Source: Candidatus Binataceae bacterium
Lineage (GTDB): Bacteria; Desulfobacterota; Binatia; Binatales; Binataceae
Assembly: GCA_035524375.1 (NCBI GenBank)
Contig: DATKOZ010000059.1
Coordinates: 28,822 to 92,821, forward strand
Direction of reading: 5' to 3'
DNA: 64,000 bases
Below are positions 46,598 through 55,400 of the stretch, piece by piece (position 1 is the stretch's first letter; each line of letters starts with the position of its first letter). Below the pieces are notes generated by a model. That model had not been told where the DNA came from, did not search any database, and saw nothing but the letters and a program-made list of their open reading frames with translations. Position numbers and translations under genes: made by a program.

Positions 46598-48553
46598 ATG
46601 CCCGAGCGGGGAAAATCCACAGCCCCAGACACTTGGCTGCTTGCGATTCTGATCGCGACCGCGCTGATTTACCTTCGATGTCTGTCCAACGAATTCGTGT
46701 TCGACGACTACTACATGATCCTTGCCAACCGCTACATCGGCGATTGGTCGTTCTTTTGGAAATCGCTGGTCAACGACGCGTACTGGTCGACCGATCCGCT
46801 GCACGTTCCCGTCAGTTCATATTATCGCCCGATCAAGGACGTATGGTTCGCAATCAATATCCATCTCTTCGGACGCCATCCCGCGGGATGGCATGCCGCG
46901 ATGATTGCCCTGCATCTTTTCGTCGTATGGCTCGTTTATCGCGTCGCAGCGGAACTGACTCGGGACCATTTCGCCGCTCTATTCGCCGCCGGGATATTCG
47001 CCCTGATGCCGTCGCACGCCGAGACTGTCGTCTATCCCGCGGCGATCGCTCAGCCGCTATGCGCGGCATTCGAATCGGCGGCTTTTCTTGTTTTTCTCAG
47101 ACAAAATGACGAAGACGTTTCCGGGCGGCATCGCCTTGCATTCTCATTATTGCTGTATGCAGGCGCACTACTCAGTTATGAAGGCGCGATAACGTTTCCG
47201 GCCCTTATCGCTGCTTACGTCTATATCTTTCGTCTCTCATCATCTAACGAAAGAATGAATCACGGCGCGCTCGCCGCAGCGATGCCCTACGCACTCATGG
47301 TCATCCCGTATCTCGTTATTCGATATTGGGTACTTGGATTCATTACCCGGCCAAATCCGCAAAATCCCGTACCGATGACTGGGATTGAGGCGTTTCTTAC
47401 AATCCCCGGCGCAATTGCGGCTTATCTCAAACTGCTCGTAGTCCCTTGGCGGGCGGGGCCGGCTTACCGGCTCGATGTCGTCACCAGCATCACCTCGCCG
47501 GGTTTCTATCTTTCAGTCGCGGTGCTAGCGGTAATTTGCGCCGCTGCAATTTGGCTCTTCAGACGCAATCCGCGGCGCAATCTGTACCTGTTCTGTGTGG
47601 CTTGGTTCTTCATCGCGATTGCGCCTGCTCTCAATTTATCAGGTCTCTTTTCCGAAATATTGATTCAGGATCGCTACCTCTACCTGGCATCGATCGCGTT
47701 CTGCGTGATGGCAGCCGATATCGCGATCGATATCGCACGGCGCGGTGAACGATGGTCGCAAGCAGTCTGGGCTGTCGGCCTATGCGGCGTAGCTGCATTC
47801 GCATCCGCCCTCTTTGTAGTGCAGGGCTATTGGCATGACGATGCAACACTGTTCGCGCAATGCGCGGAGGTTTCGCCAGCCTCGGAGTTTTGGCATTACC
47901 GGCTTGGCGTAACGATGATGGCCCAAGGACAAAACGCGAAGGCGCTTCCGGAGCTCGAAAGCGCGGTACGGCTCGCGCCCAATTATGTGGCCGCGCGGTA
48001 CCAACTCGCACAGGTTTATGACGCGCTCGGTGATCGCGCCGGGTTCGCACGCGCGACCGCCGATTGGGTCAAGTCATTCAAGCATCCGCCGCTTGAGGCA
48101 TATACCGCCCTTGCCACCGCCGATGACGCTGCCGGCGACGCGAAGGGCGCAGACGACGCACTTAAGAATGCCGAAGTGCTGCCGGGCGGGATCGACGCTG
48201 CAGCCCTGACCCGCGCGCAATTGATGCTGCGCCATGGAGACAGCAAGCGCGCGGATGCGGCGCTACAGCCGATGTTGAAGCGCGAGCCGGACGATCCGGC
48301 GGTGCTTGCGACCTACGGGCTGGTCCTTGCAGCCGAGCATCGCTACGACGAAGCGATTGCGACAATGCGCCGGGCGGCGGAGCTATCCCCACCCGCGCCG
48401 ATGACTCATTACCGGATCGCGATACTGCTGCATCAGTTGGGCCGCGATCGCGAGGCGCGCGATGAGTGCGCAATCACGCTTGCCGCCGCGCCGGCGGCGC
48501 GCAGCGCGCAAGAGTTGATGGCCGATATCGAGCGAAGCGAAGGCGTCCGATAA
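46598..48553 (+). CDS. Paralog P10: GT-C-like membrane domain plus full TPR domain
   Basis: 'NEFVFDDYYMILAN', 'NDAYWSTDPLHVPVSSYYRP', 'NIHLFGRHPAGWH' and the tail 'HYRIAILLHQLGRDREARDECAITL'. I prefer ATG 46598 (TGA-A-ATG junction) over the TTG at 46571. Confidence 0.8.
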   Translation: MPERGKSTAPDTWLLAILIATALIYLRCLSNEFVFDDYYMILANRYIGDWSFFWKSLVNDAYWSTDPLHVPVSSYYRPIKDVWFAINIHLFGRHPAGWHAAMIALHLFVVWLVYRVAAELTRDHFAALFAAGIFALMPSHAETVVYPAAIAQPLCAAFESAAFLVFLRQNDEDVSGRHRLAFSLLLYAGALLSYEGAITFPALIAAYVYIFRLSSSNERMNHGALAAAMPYALMVIPYLVIRYWVLGFITRPNPQNPVPMTGIEAFLTIPGAIAAYLKLLVVPWRAGPAYRLDVVTSITSPGFYLSVAVLAVICAAAIWLFRRNPRRNLYLFCVAWFFIAIAPALNLSGLFSEILIQDRYLYLASIAFCVMAADIAIDIARRGERWSQAVWAVGLCGVAAFASALFVVQGYWHDDATLFAQCAEVSPASEFWHYRLGVTMMAQGQNAKALPELESAVRLAPNYVAARYQLAQVYDALGDRAGFARATADWVKSFKHPPLEAYTALATADDAAGDAKGADDALKNAEVLPGGIDAAALTRAQLMLRHGDSKRADAALQPMLKREPDDPAVLATYGLVLAAEHRYDEAIATMRRAAELSPPAPMTHYRIAILLHQLGRDREARDECAITLAAAPAARSAQELMADIERSEGVR

Positions 48554-48976
48554 TCAGGCCACGGCGGCGCGGAAGGAGCCGCGAATCGCCGGCTCGCCCT
48601 TCTGGTTGAGGACGATCAGATCGCCTTCAATCTGCTTTTCGCCGTCGCGCTCAAGTTTGTTGGTGATTTTGCCCATGCAGGTAACGGTATCGTTGGGCCA
48701 TACTCGCGTGGCAAACCGAACCTTGAATTGCCTGACGTTCCCGATGCCAACATAGTCAGTCAGCGCTTTCGACAATAGCCCGGCGGTAAACATTCCCTGC
48801 GCGAAGACTGTCGGGATTCCCGCCATCTCAACGAAAGTCTGATCGTAATGGAGCGGCACAAAATCTCCCGACGCACCCGCGTAGCGGACAAAATCGCCCC
48901 GGCTCAGGCCGGTAACTTCGAACTTGGGGATTTCATCGCCCGGTTTTACCGATTCGAATTTCAATTTCTTCGCCAT
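48554..48976 (-). CDS. MaoC-like (R)-specific hydratase/dehydratase, hot-dog fold
   Basis: 'GDFVRYAGASGDFVPLHYDQTFVEMAGIPTVFAQGM' is the MaoC hydratase motif region. ATG is at 48976. Confidence 0.85.
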   Translation of the reverse strand: MAKKLKFESVKPGDEIPKFEVTGLSRGDFVRYAGASGDFVPLHYDQTFVEMAGIPTVFAQGMFTAGLLSKALTDYVGIGNVRQFKVRFATRVWPNDTVTCMGKITNKLERDGEKQIEGDLIVLNQKGEPAIRGSFRAAVA

Positions 48977-48986
48977 GGCCGTTCTC

Positions 48987-49445
48987 CTAGGCTTTGACCG
49001 CCTGGCCGGTTTCGATGAGCGTCGAGCGCGCAATCGCAACTTTCTCGCCCTTCTGATTGGTGTATTCGATTTCGGTCACGAGGAAGGTCATCTTGCCGCC
49101 GCGCCCGCCTTCCTTTTCGTAAACGTCGGCAATTTTGGTAACTCCGGTCAGCGTGTCGCCGACAAAGATCGGCCGCAGCAACTCGAATTCCTGCTCGCCG
49201 TGAAGGATTCGCTGCGGATTGAAGCCGCCAAAACCGGGACTGGAGCCGCTTTCCATCCAGAATGCGCTCGACTGCAGAAACGTGACGGGGACCGGAATTC
49301 CGCCAAGCTCCTTCTTCGCCAGTTCGGGGTCAAAATAAAGGGGGTCGGAATCCTTGATCGCACGGGCAAACTCACGGACTTTGCTCCAATCGACCTGCAT
49401 CTTGAACGGCTTGCCGGTCTTGCCGATTAAACTCTTGTCAGCCAT
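48987..49445 (-). CDS. MaoC-family dehydratase N-terminal-type subunit (FAS1-like dehydratase)
   Basis: 152 aa: 'VDWSKVREFARAIKDSDPLYFDPE' and 'ILHGEQEFELLRPIFVGDTL'. It lies 10 nt upstream of the MaoC gene, the layout of two-subunit hot-dog dehydratases. Confidence 0.75.
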   Translation of the reverse strand: MADKSLIGKTGKPFKMQVDWSKVREFARAIKDSDPLYFDPELAKKELGGIPVPVTFLQSSAFWMESGSSPGFGGFNPQRILHGEQEFELLRPIFVGDTLTGVTKIADVYEKEGGRGGKMTFLVTEIEYTNQKGEKVAIARSTLIETGQAVKA

Positions 49446-49517
49446 CGATTCAACCTCGCATCAAACCAATCGCGTACCACGCTCCGGCGCATCCAGACAA
49501 GCGCCCGGCATCAGCCG

Positions 49518-50294
49518 TCAACCCGTGAATGCCGGGGATTGGCCGCCGTCGATGATGAGTGTCGCGCCGGTAATAAAACCGGCTGCTTCGGAAGCCAGAA
49601 ATATGCACGGGTAGGCAATTTCTTCGACTCGGCCAAAGCGGCCCAGCGCACGCGTTCGCGCAACCGCGTTCTTGACCTCAGGATTCGGCCATACGCGCGG
49701 CGCGGCCCCCTCCGTGTCGATCGGTCCGGGCGCAATGCAATTAACACGGATCCCCATGCCGCCCCATTCACTGGCCTGCGAAGTCGTGAGCATAATCACG
49801 CCGGCCTTGGACGCGGAGTACGGCAGCATAAACGCCGAACCGTGAATTCCGGCCGTCGATGAAATATTTACGATCGACCCGGGGCTGTTCTGCGCGATGA
49901 ACTGGCGGGCAGCCGCCCGGGCGCAGAAAAATACACCGTCAAGATTAATTCCAACCACTGCGCGCCATGCGTTCGGCGACAGATTCATGCTGGGCGCGGC
50001 AATGCTTGCGCCATGATTGTTGATCAGCACCTCAAGGCGGCCGAAATGCTTGACCGTCTCGGCCACCATATTGTCGCATTGCGCGGCGTCGCGGACGTCG
50101 ACCTGCGCCATCTCGCACTTGCCGCCGGACTTGCGAATTTCGTCGCGCACGCGCTCCAGGTTCTCGACCTTGCGGCTGGCAATCAGTACCGGCGCGCCCT
50201 GCGCGGCAAATTCCTTGGCGATCGATTCGCCGATTCCGGTTCCGCCGCCAGTCACGATCGTGACCTTGCCCTCAACACTGAATGGATTTTTCAT
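49518..50294 (-). CDS. SDR-family oxidoreductase
   Basis: 'KVTIVTGGGTGIGESIA' Rossmann motif, 'NNHG', catalytic 'YSASKAG', and 'PGPIDT'. Confidence 0.9.
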   Translation of the reverse strand: MKNPFSVEGKVTIVTGGGTGIGESIAKEFAAQGAPVLIASRKVENLERVRDEIRKSGGKCEMAQVDVRDAAQCDNMVAETVKHFGRLEVLINNHGASIAAPSMNLSPNAWRAVVGINLDGVFFCARAAARQFIAQNSPGSIVNISSTAGIHGSAFMLPYSASKAGVIMLTTSQASEWGGMGIRVNCIAPGPIDTEGAAPRVWPNPEVKNAVARTRALGRFGRVEEIAYPCIFLASEAAGFITGATLIIDGGQSPAFTG

Positions 50295-50330
50295 TCCGGC
50301 CTCCTTCCTCGAATAATCGAACGCCGCCGA

Positions 50331-50828
50331 TCACGGCAATTGCGACGCATCCAGCCGCAACAGTGCGTCGCGTGCCTGCTCCTGGGGCGCGCCGATGGTC
50401 CCGTTGGTGGGATTGGCCGCCACCCGGTAATGCTCGACGGCACGCTGCTTGTCACCGATTGCCTCGTAAGCACGGGCCACGTTTACTTCCGCCTGCGCAT
50501 CACCGGGGCACGCAGTCAGCGCGTCCTGGTAGTATCCAAGCGCTCCGGCAAAATCGCCCGCGGCAAAACGATCGCCGCCGCTGCGAGTCGCTATCGCCTG
50601 GACACTGCGATCGCATCCACCCGGAGGCGGCGAAACCCCGGGGACGTAGTTGTTGCTCTGTGTGGCCTGCAACCCCTCGATTTGGCGCTGCATCCGTTCA
50701 ATTTCGACCTGCTGCTCCTTCAACATCTGGTTGTTGGCGTCAATAGCCGAGTCCTGGCATCCAGCAACTGTGAAAAGCAGGAGTCCAAACAACGGTGCCG
50801 CCGAAAACTTAAAGATGGTGGTGCGCAT
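50331..50828 (-). CDS. Lipoprotein with a coiled-coil segment and a TPR-like C-terminus
   Basis: Lipobox 'LLLFTVAGC' follows ATG 50828. 'MLKEQQVEIERMQRQIEGLQ' is the coiled-coil segment. 'FAAGDFAGALGYYQDALTACPGDAQAEVNVARAYEAIGDKQRAVEHY' is TPR-like. The ORF-track start at 51158 is an extension. Confidence 0.7.
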   Translation of the reverse strand: MRTTIFKFSAAPLFGLLLFTVAGCQDSAIDANNQMLKEQQVEIERMQRQIEGLQATQSNNYVPGVSPPPGGCDRSVQAIATRSGGDRFAAGDFAGALGYYQDALTACPGDAQAEVNVARAYEAIGDKQRAVEHYRVAANPTNGTIGAPQEQARDALLRLDASQLP

Positions 50829-50945
50829 CGCTCCCATACTGCCGCATCGGAATCCGGTGTCAACAACATTTGCGGTATGGAATGGGCTTTCATCTCTGCT
50901 ATTGTGCTCGGAAATTTGCGGCAGCATGGAGCGGAGACAACCAAA

Positions 50946-51614
50946 ATGAATCAAATGCGAAGATTCGCGATTCTTGTGTGTACCGCAATATTGGTCTGCG
51001 CAAGCGCCGCCCTTGCCGCGGACCACGGCGGGGCATCCGTAAGCGCCGCGCAAGCGCTGCAAGAGCTTCTGGACGGCAACCAGCGGTTTATTGCCGGCAA
51101 AATGGAGCATCCCCACCAGACGCCCGCACGGCGCACCGCGGTTGCAAAGGGGCAGCATCCATTCGCTGCGATTCTCTCCTGTTCTGATTCGCGCACCGCG
51201 CCCGAGGTGCTTTTCGATCGCGGACTAGGCGATCTATTCGTGGTGCGGGTGGCCGGAAATGTCGCCGATCAGGTCGTAATCGAAAGCCTGGATTACTCGG
51301 TAAAGCACCTTGGAGTGCGAGTGGTGATGATATTGGGCCACACCCGATGCGGTGCGGTAACGGCCGCTGTCGAAGGTCACGAAGAACCCGGCGATGTCGG
51401 CCCGATGCTGGAGGAGTTGAAACCTGCTGTCGCTGCGACCAAGGGAATGCCCGGCGATCCGGTCGAAAACGCGGTGCGCGAGAATGTGAAGCTGATCGTT
51501 GCGAAGCTGGCTGGATCGCCGGAGCTTACCGGGATGGTCAAATCAGGCGAGCTTAGGATCGTCGGCGGCGTGTACGATCTATCCACCGGGAAAATCGAGA
51601 TGCTGCGCGATTGA
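50946..51614 (+). CDS. Beta-class carbonic anhydrase with signal peptide
   Basis: 'AAILSCSDSRTAPEVLFD' and 'MILGHTRCGAV' are the zinc-ligand motifs. The N-terminus MNQMRRFAILVCTAILVCASAALAA is signal-like. Only the last third of the 533-aa ORF 50013..51614 is real. Confidence 0.9.
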   Translation: MNQMRRFAILVCTAILVCASAALAADHGGASVSAAQALQELLDGNQRFIAGKMEHPHQTPARRTAVAKGQHPFAAILSCSDSRTAPEVLFDRGLGDLFVVRVAGNVADQVVIESLDYSVKHLGVRVVMILGHTRCGAVTAAVEGHEEPGDVGPMLEELKPAVAATKGMPGDPVENAVRENVKLIVAKLAGSPELTGMVKSGELRIVGGVYDLSTGKIEMLRD

Positions 51615-51622
51615 CCGCGCAG

Positions 51623-52045
51623 TCATTGCGCCGGCGTGGTCACAATCACGCCACTGAACCCCGACGCGGTACGACCGTCGGCGGTGGTCGCAGTCACTGT
51701 CACTACATAGCTGCCGGGATTTTTATAGGTGTGAAACAGGACGGTCGGCGGCAAGGTTGAAACCTGTCCGTCACCGAAGTCCCACCTGAACGACGTAAGC
51801 CGATCTTCCGGATTCGCACTGCTGACGAGAAATCCTGCCACCAGCGGCGCCGGACCGTAGCCGGGAACCGGCTGCACGGTGATTCGCGCGACATGCGGTA
51901 TTTCTATTTCCGCAGGAGTCGCGGCAGGTGCGCCTTCGCCGTTGCTCTGGGCGCGGACCGAAGAATTGATCGCAAGCGCCAGCACGATAGAGAGCACACA
52001 CTGCGGAACGATCCGTGCGATCGTGCAGCGAACGCGATGCGCCAA
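51623..52045 (-). CDS. Secreted PKD-domain protein
   Basis: Signal-like N-terminus, 'FRWDFGDGQ' and 'HTYKNPGSYVVTVTATTADG', the PKD signature. The start is TTG at 52043-52045, two nt after the upstream stop. Confidence 0.7.
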   Translation of the reverse strand: MAHRVRCTIARIVPQCVLSIVLALAINSSVRAQSNGEGAPAATPAEIEIPHVARITVQPVPGYGPAPLVAGFLVSSANPEDRLTSFRWDFGDGQVSTLPPTVLFHTYKNPGSYVVTVTATTADGRTASGFSGVIVTTPAQ

Positions 52046-52047
52046 TT

Positions 52048-52389
52048 CTAACCGCGGACCAGAAAGTCGGTCAGGTCCATGGCGAATACGCCGTCGCTCA
52101 ATTGCATCGACTTGGCCGTGCGTTTTATCACCATTTTCGAGATGTCTTGCTCCGGCGGAAGGACGAAGATGACGTCGCCGGTCTCCAGCGCAAAGATGCG
52201 AATCCGCTCCTCCCCGCGCCGTTCGACGCCGCCGACGTCGTACGGACTCACCGTAAAGGCATAGCCGCGAGCGCGGATGATGGTCGCATCGCAGGCCTCG
52301 ACGATGCCCACAAAGATGCGCAGGTTGTCATCTTTGAAGCCCTTTTTCTCGACCATTACGATCCGGTCGTTTTCACGCAATGCGGCCAT
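52048..52389 (-). CDS. Hypothetical 113-aa protein downstream of the giant TPR-PIN gene
   Basis: The ORF has an ATG start and lies 36 nt after the stop of 52426..56262. The composition looks beta-rich. I recognise no motif. Confidence 0.5.
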   Translation of the reverse strand: MAALRENDRIVMVEKKGFKDDNLRIFVGIVEACDATIIRARGYAFTVSPYDVGGVERRGEERIRIFALETGDVIFVLPPEQDISKMVIKRTAKSMQLSDGVFAMDLTDFLVRG

Positions 52390-52425
52390 AGGCAGCTTTC
52401 TTCCTCATCGAACCAATCAGGGCAC

Positions 52426-55400
52426 TCACGGACTCAGCGTCATTTCGCTGGGCGTCTGCCTTGCTGCCTGCGCCATCCATCCGCGCACTACGTCGCTCAA
52501 TTCGCGAGTGCGAATCAGGTCCAGTCCGAAGCGGATCGGAAGCGAGCGCGGCAGCACTTCAACGGCCGCGCGGCCACCCTGGCGGCGTCCGACCTTATCG
52601 AGCAGGCGCAGCGTGACAGCCCGGCGCGACGCTCGCAGATATTGATCGTTGTACATCTTTACGATCAGTTCGGCCACCAGCCCCATCGCATCCGACAGAT
52701 TGATCGTTTCGGAAGCGAATTGTTCGATTGCTTGTTTGAGCGGGAACTGGTCAGGATTCCATACCGCCACCGCTCCCGCGCGCATCAGGTTTTCCACCGA
52801 CGGCGCGCTGAATGCGTAGCCCCATCCGGCCAGCTTGGTGCTGGCGGTTGCCAGTTCCGCTGGGTCGAGCGTGCCAAATTGGGCGCGCGCGGCCAATGCC
52901 GCTTCGGTCCATACGCGGCGAACCCCGAACTCGGTCTTGGCGACGTCGGCCAGGATCAAGTCGTCGGTCCACAGTACGTGGCCGGGCATCGACGCAACTA
53001 CGATGCTTTCAGCCCCGTGGCGCCCAAACAGCCGGACCAGGCTATCGCGCCGCTCCTGATCAATTGAGGCGAGCACTGCGCTGTCGCGTACCCGGCACAC
53101 CGACTGCATCGCATCGGCCAGACCGCGCAATTGAACGTCAACCCGCCTGCCATCCTTGCCTGTCGCGTTAAGCGAGGCTGAAAAACCCGGCGGCAGGCGC
53201 AATAGCGTATCGTCGAAGGCCAGGCGGCGCAGCTCGGCTAGGGTGGCCTGCGAGATCACGAACTGCCGGGGCCAGGTCGGAAGGAGGCTCAGGCGGCCCA
53301 GCATGCACAACGTGGCAATCGCAGTCAGATCGAGTACCACCGCGTTTGCACGCTCGAATGCGCCCAGTGCCGCTGACAATTCCTCCGCCGATCCCGTGCA
53401 GCATTTGATCGGCGCCTCAGGCCGCTGCGCCAGCACGAACATCGTCTGTAGATCGTTGAGATTGATCCGCTCGGCGACCGCATGAATCGGCACAGTCTTG
53501 GCCGCATATACGCGTTCCGCCTGAACCAGCAGATCCTCGCGCCGCGCTCCAGCCACCGATTGCATCGCCACCAACTCTTCCTGAAGCTTGGCCGCAGTGA
53601 TCGACTCGGTATGCGGCAGCTTCGACAGCTCCAGTTCAGGCTGGCCCGGGAATCGCGCCTGCCAGTTGATAACCACGTCCATGTAGCGGAACGAATACTT
53701 GCTTATGGTTCCCTTGATCGTGGCCTGCTTGCGGTTGGGCAATTGGAACTTCTCGCCGGTCTTTTTACCCTTTAACGTCTTGGCCATCGTGGAGTTGGGC
53801 CCGTACTCTTCGACCGCTTCATCGGGATCCGGCGCGTCCTCCAGCACCACCCAGCGATCCGTGTTCGAACCTTCCTCGGCGAAGCACACCGCCGCTCCGG
53901 GCGCGGCGCTTTCGAAGTCAGGCACGTTGGGCATTGCACCAACCGGACCTAGTGCGAACAGAAACGCACGGTGGGTGTCGATATTGGCCCCCTGATGCCG
54001 CAGCATTTCATACGCATACGCCAGCGCATCGTTGGCGCGGCCGCCCTCGCGCATGAGCTGGATCGCCGAGCGGCCGAGCCGGGGCGCGACCTCCCGCGGC
54101 GACGGCATCGCATTCGGATCGGCCACCACGGCTTCGGCGTGACCAAGGCGTGAGGCAACAATCGACCGGCGCAGGGCCAGTTCGCGGTCGTCAGGACGCT
54201 CGCGCAGATGTTCCTCGATCGCGGCCATCGCCGCGTCGGGATCTTCCACTTCGAGCTTGTCGAGCCTGCTGCCGAGGTTGCCATCGGGCGCGTTGGCGGC
54301 AGCGGCTTCGGGATGAAACTGCCGCGTGATTTCAAGAACGATATCCTCGCGGCCAAGGCGGCTCGCGCAATCCAGCAAGCGGCGAGTGTCGGTTCCTCCG
54401 CTGCCAATGGGAGCCAGCGCCTGCCATAGCGGGAGCGCATCGCGGTAGCGGCCGAGATCGTGCAGTAAGGCGGCCAGCTTGCGCCGGCTGTCGGGCGGAG
54501 TCTCGTGAGACAGGCTTGCCAGCGCTTCGTCCGCCAGTTTGGAAGCTTGATCGAATTTCCCCTGCGACAAGCGCAGGCTCGCGCGCAGCGTAAGCAGGGT
54601 GGCCTTGGGCAGGCGCGCCTCGGGAATCGCGGCTAGAAGCGTGTCGGCTTCGTGATAGCGTTCCAAGGTGGCAAGCGCGTCGGTCGCGGCCGCAACCGCA
54701 AACGGGAAGTCGCCCGCCGGAATCGCGCCAGGGCGAGGAATCGCACGGATCAGCAGATCCGCGGCGGCCTGCAAATCACCGGGTTCGTCGCGCTCACGCA
54801 GGGTGACAGCCAAATGATACTCGGTATCTTCGCGCCCACCGACCGCGGCTGCGCGGCGCAACACGTCGATCGCTTCCGACAGGCTGCCGCGGGCACGCAG
54901 AACGATGCCGTACTCGGTCAATCCGTTGGCATCCTCGCGCTCGAGACCGTGGGCATCCTCGATGTCCTTGCCGGCGCCGTCGGCGTCGCGCAACGCGATA
55001 CGCGCCTGCGCGCGGCCGATCAGCGATTGAACCTGATGCGGGGCCGACGCTTCCGCCTGCGCCAAAGTTAGCGCCTGTGTGAAGCAGCTTTCCGCCTCGC
55101 GCACGCGCGTCAGATCATCCTGCGGCGGAGCTTCGCTGGCGCCGGCGCCGCCGATCGCGAGTTCTCCCAAGAGAACCGCCTGGCCCAGCACGAGCCATGC
55201 AACCGAACTGTTCGGAAGCGCGGTGCTGGCAAGGCGGGCATAAAATTCAGCGCGCTCGAAATTTCCGCCGCCCAAAAGCCGGCGCGCCATCACGGTCGCG
55301 ACTTCCGGATCGTTGGCCAACTCGGCGCTGACGTTTTCCTCCAGTTGCGATGGGCTCATATTGGAGGGAGCGTTGTTGAGCCACAATGCGAAGGCGCGTC

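Noticed and set aside
14429-48553. Whether the repeated approximately 2-kb units could be IS elements, a CRISPR-like array or an assembly duplication
   Set aside because: The units are divergent protein-coding paralogs (amino-acid motifs conserved, nucleotide sequence not identical). They lack terminal inverted repeats and transposase motifs. They are far too long and irregular for CRISPR repeats.
50013-50945. Upstream two-thirds of the 533-aa ORF 50013..51614
   Set aside because: This part is antisense to the SDR and lipoprotein genes and has a nonsense-like composition. Carbonic-anhydrase similarity and a signal peptide begin only at ATG 50946.
52048-52389. PilZ (c-di-GMP binding) assignment for the 113-aa protein, based on an N-terminal 'RENDR' (RxxxR)
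   Set aside because: No (D/N)xSxxG motif occurs at the required 20-30-residue spacing. A single RxxxR is too weak as evidence.
52015-53067. 350-aa plus-strand ORF
   Set aside because: It is antisense to the 113-aa gene and to the PIN-coding end of the giant gene, and has no motif.
53740-53760. 'GKKTGEK' in the giant protein as a possible Walker A / STAND NTPase signature
   Set aside because: It does not fit GxxxxGK(S/T). It falls inside the GreA/B-C-like segment, where 'GK..GD' is a family feature. I saw no Walker B or other NTPase motifs anywhere in the 1278 aa.
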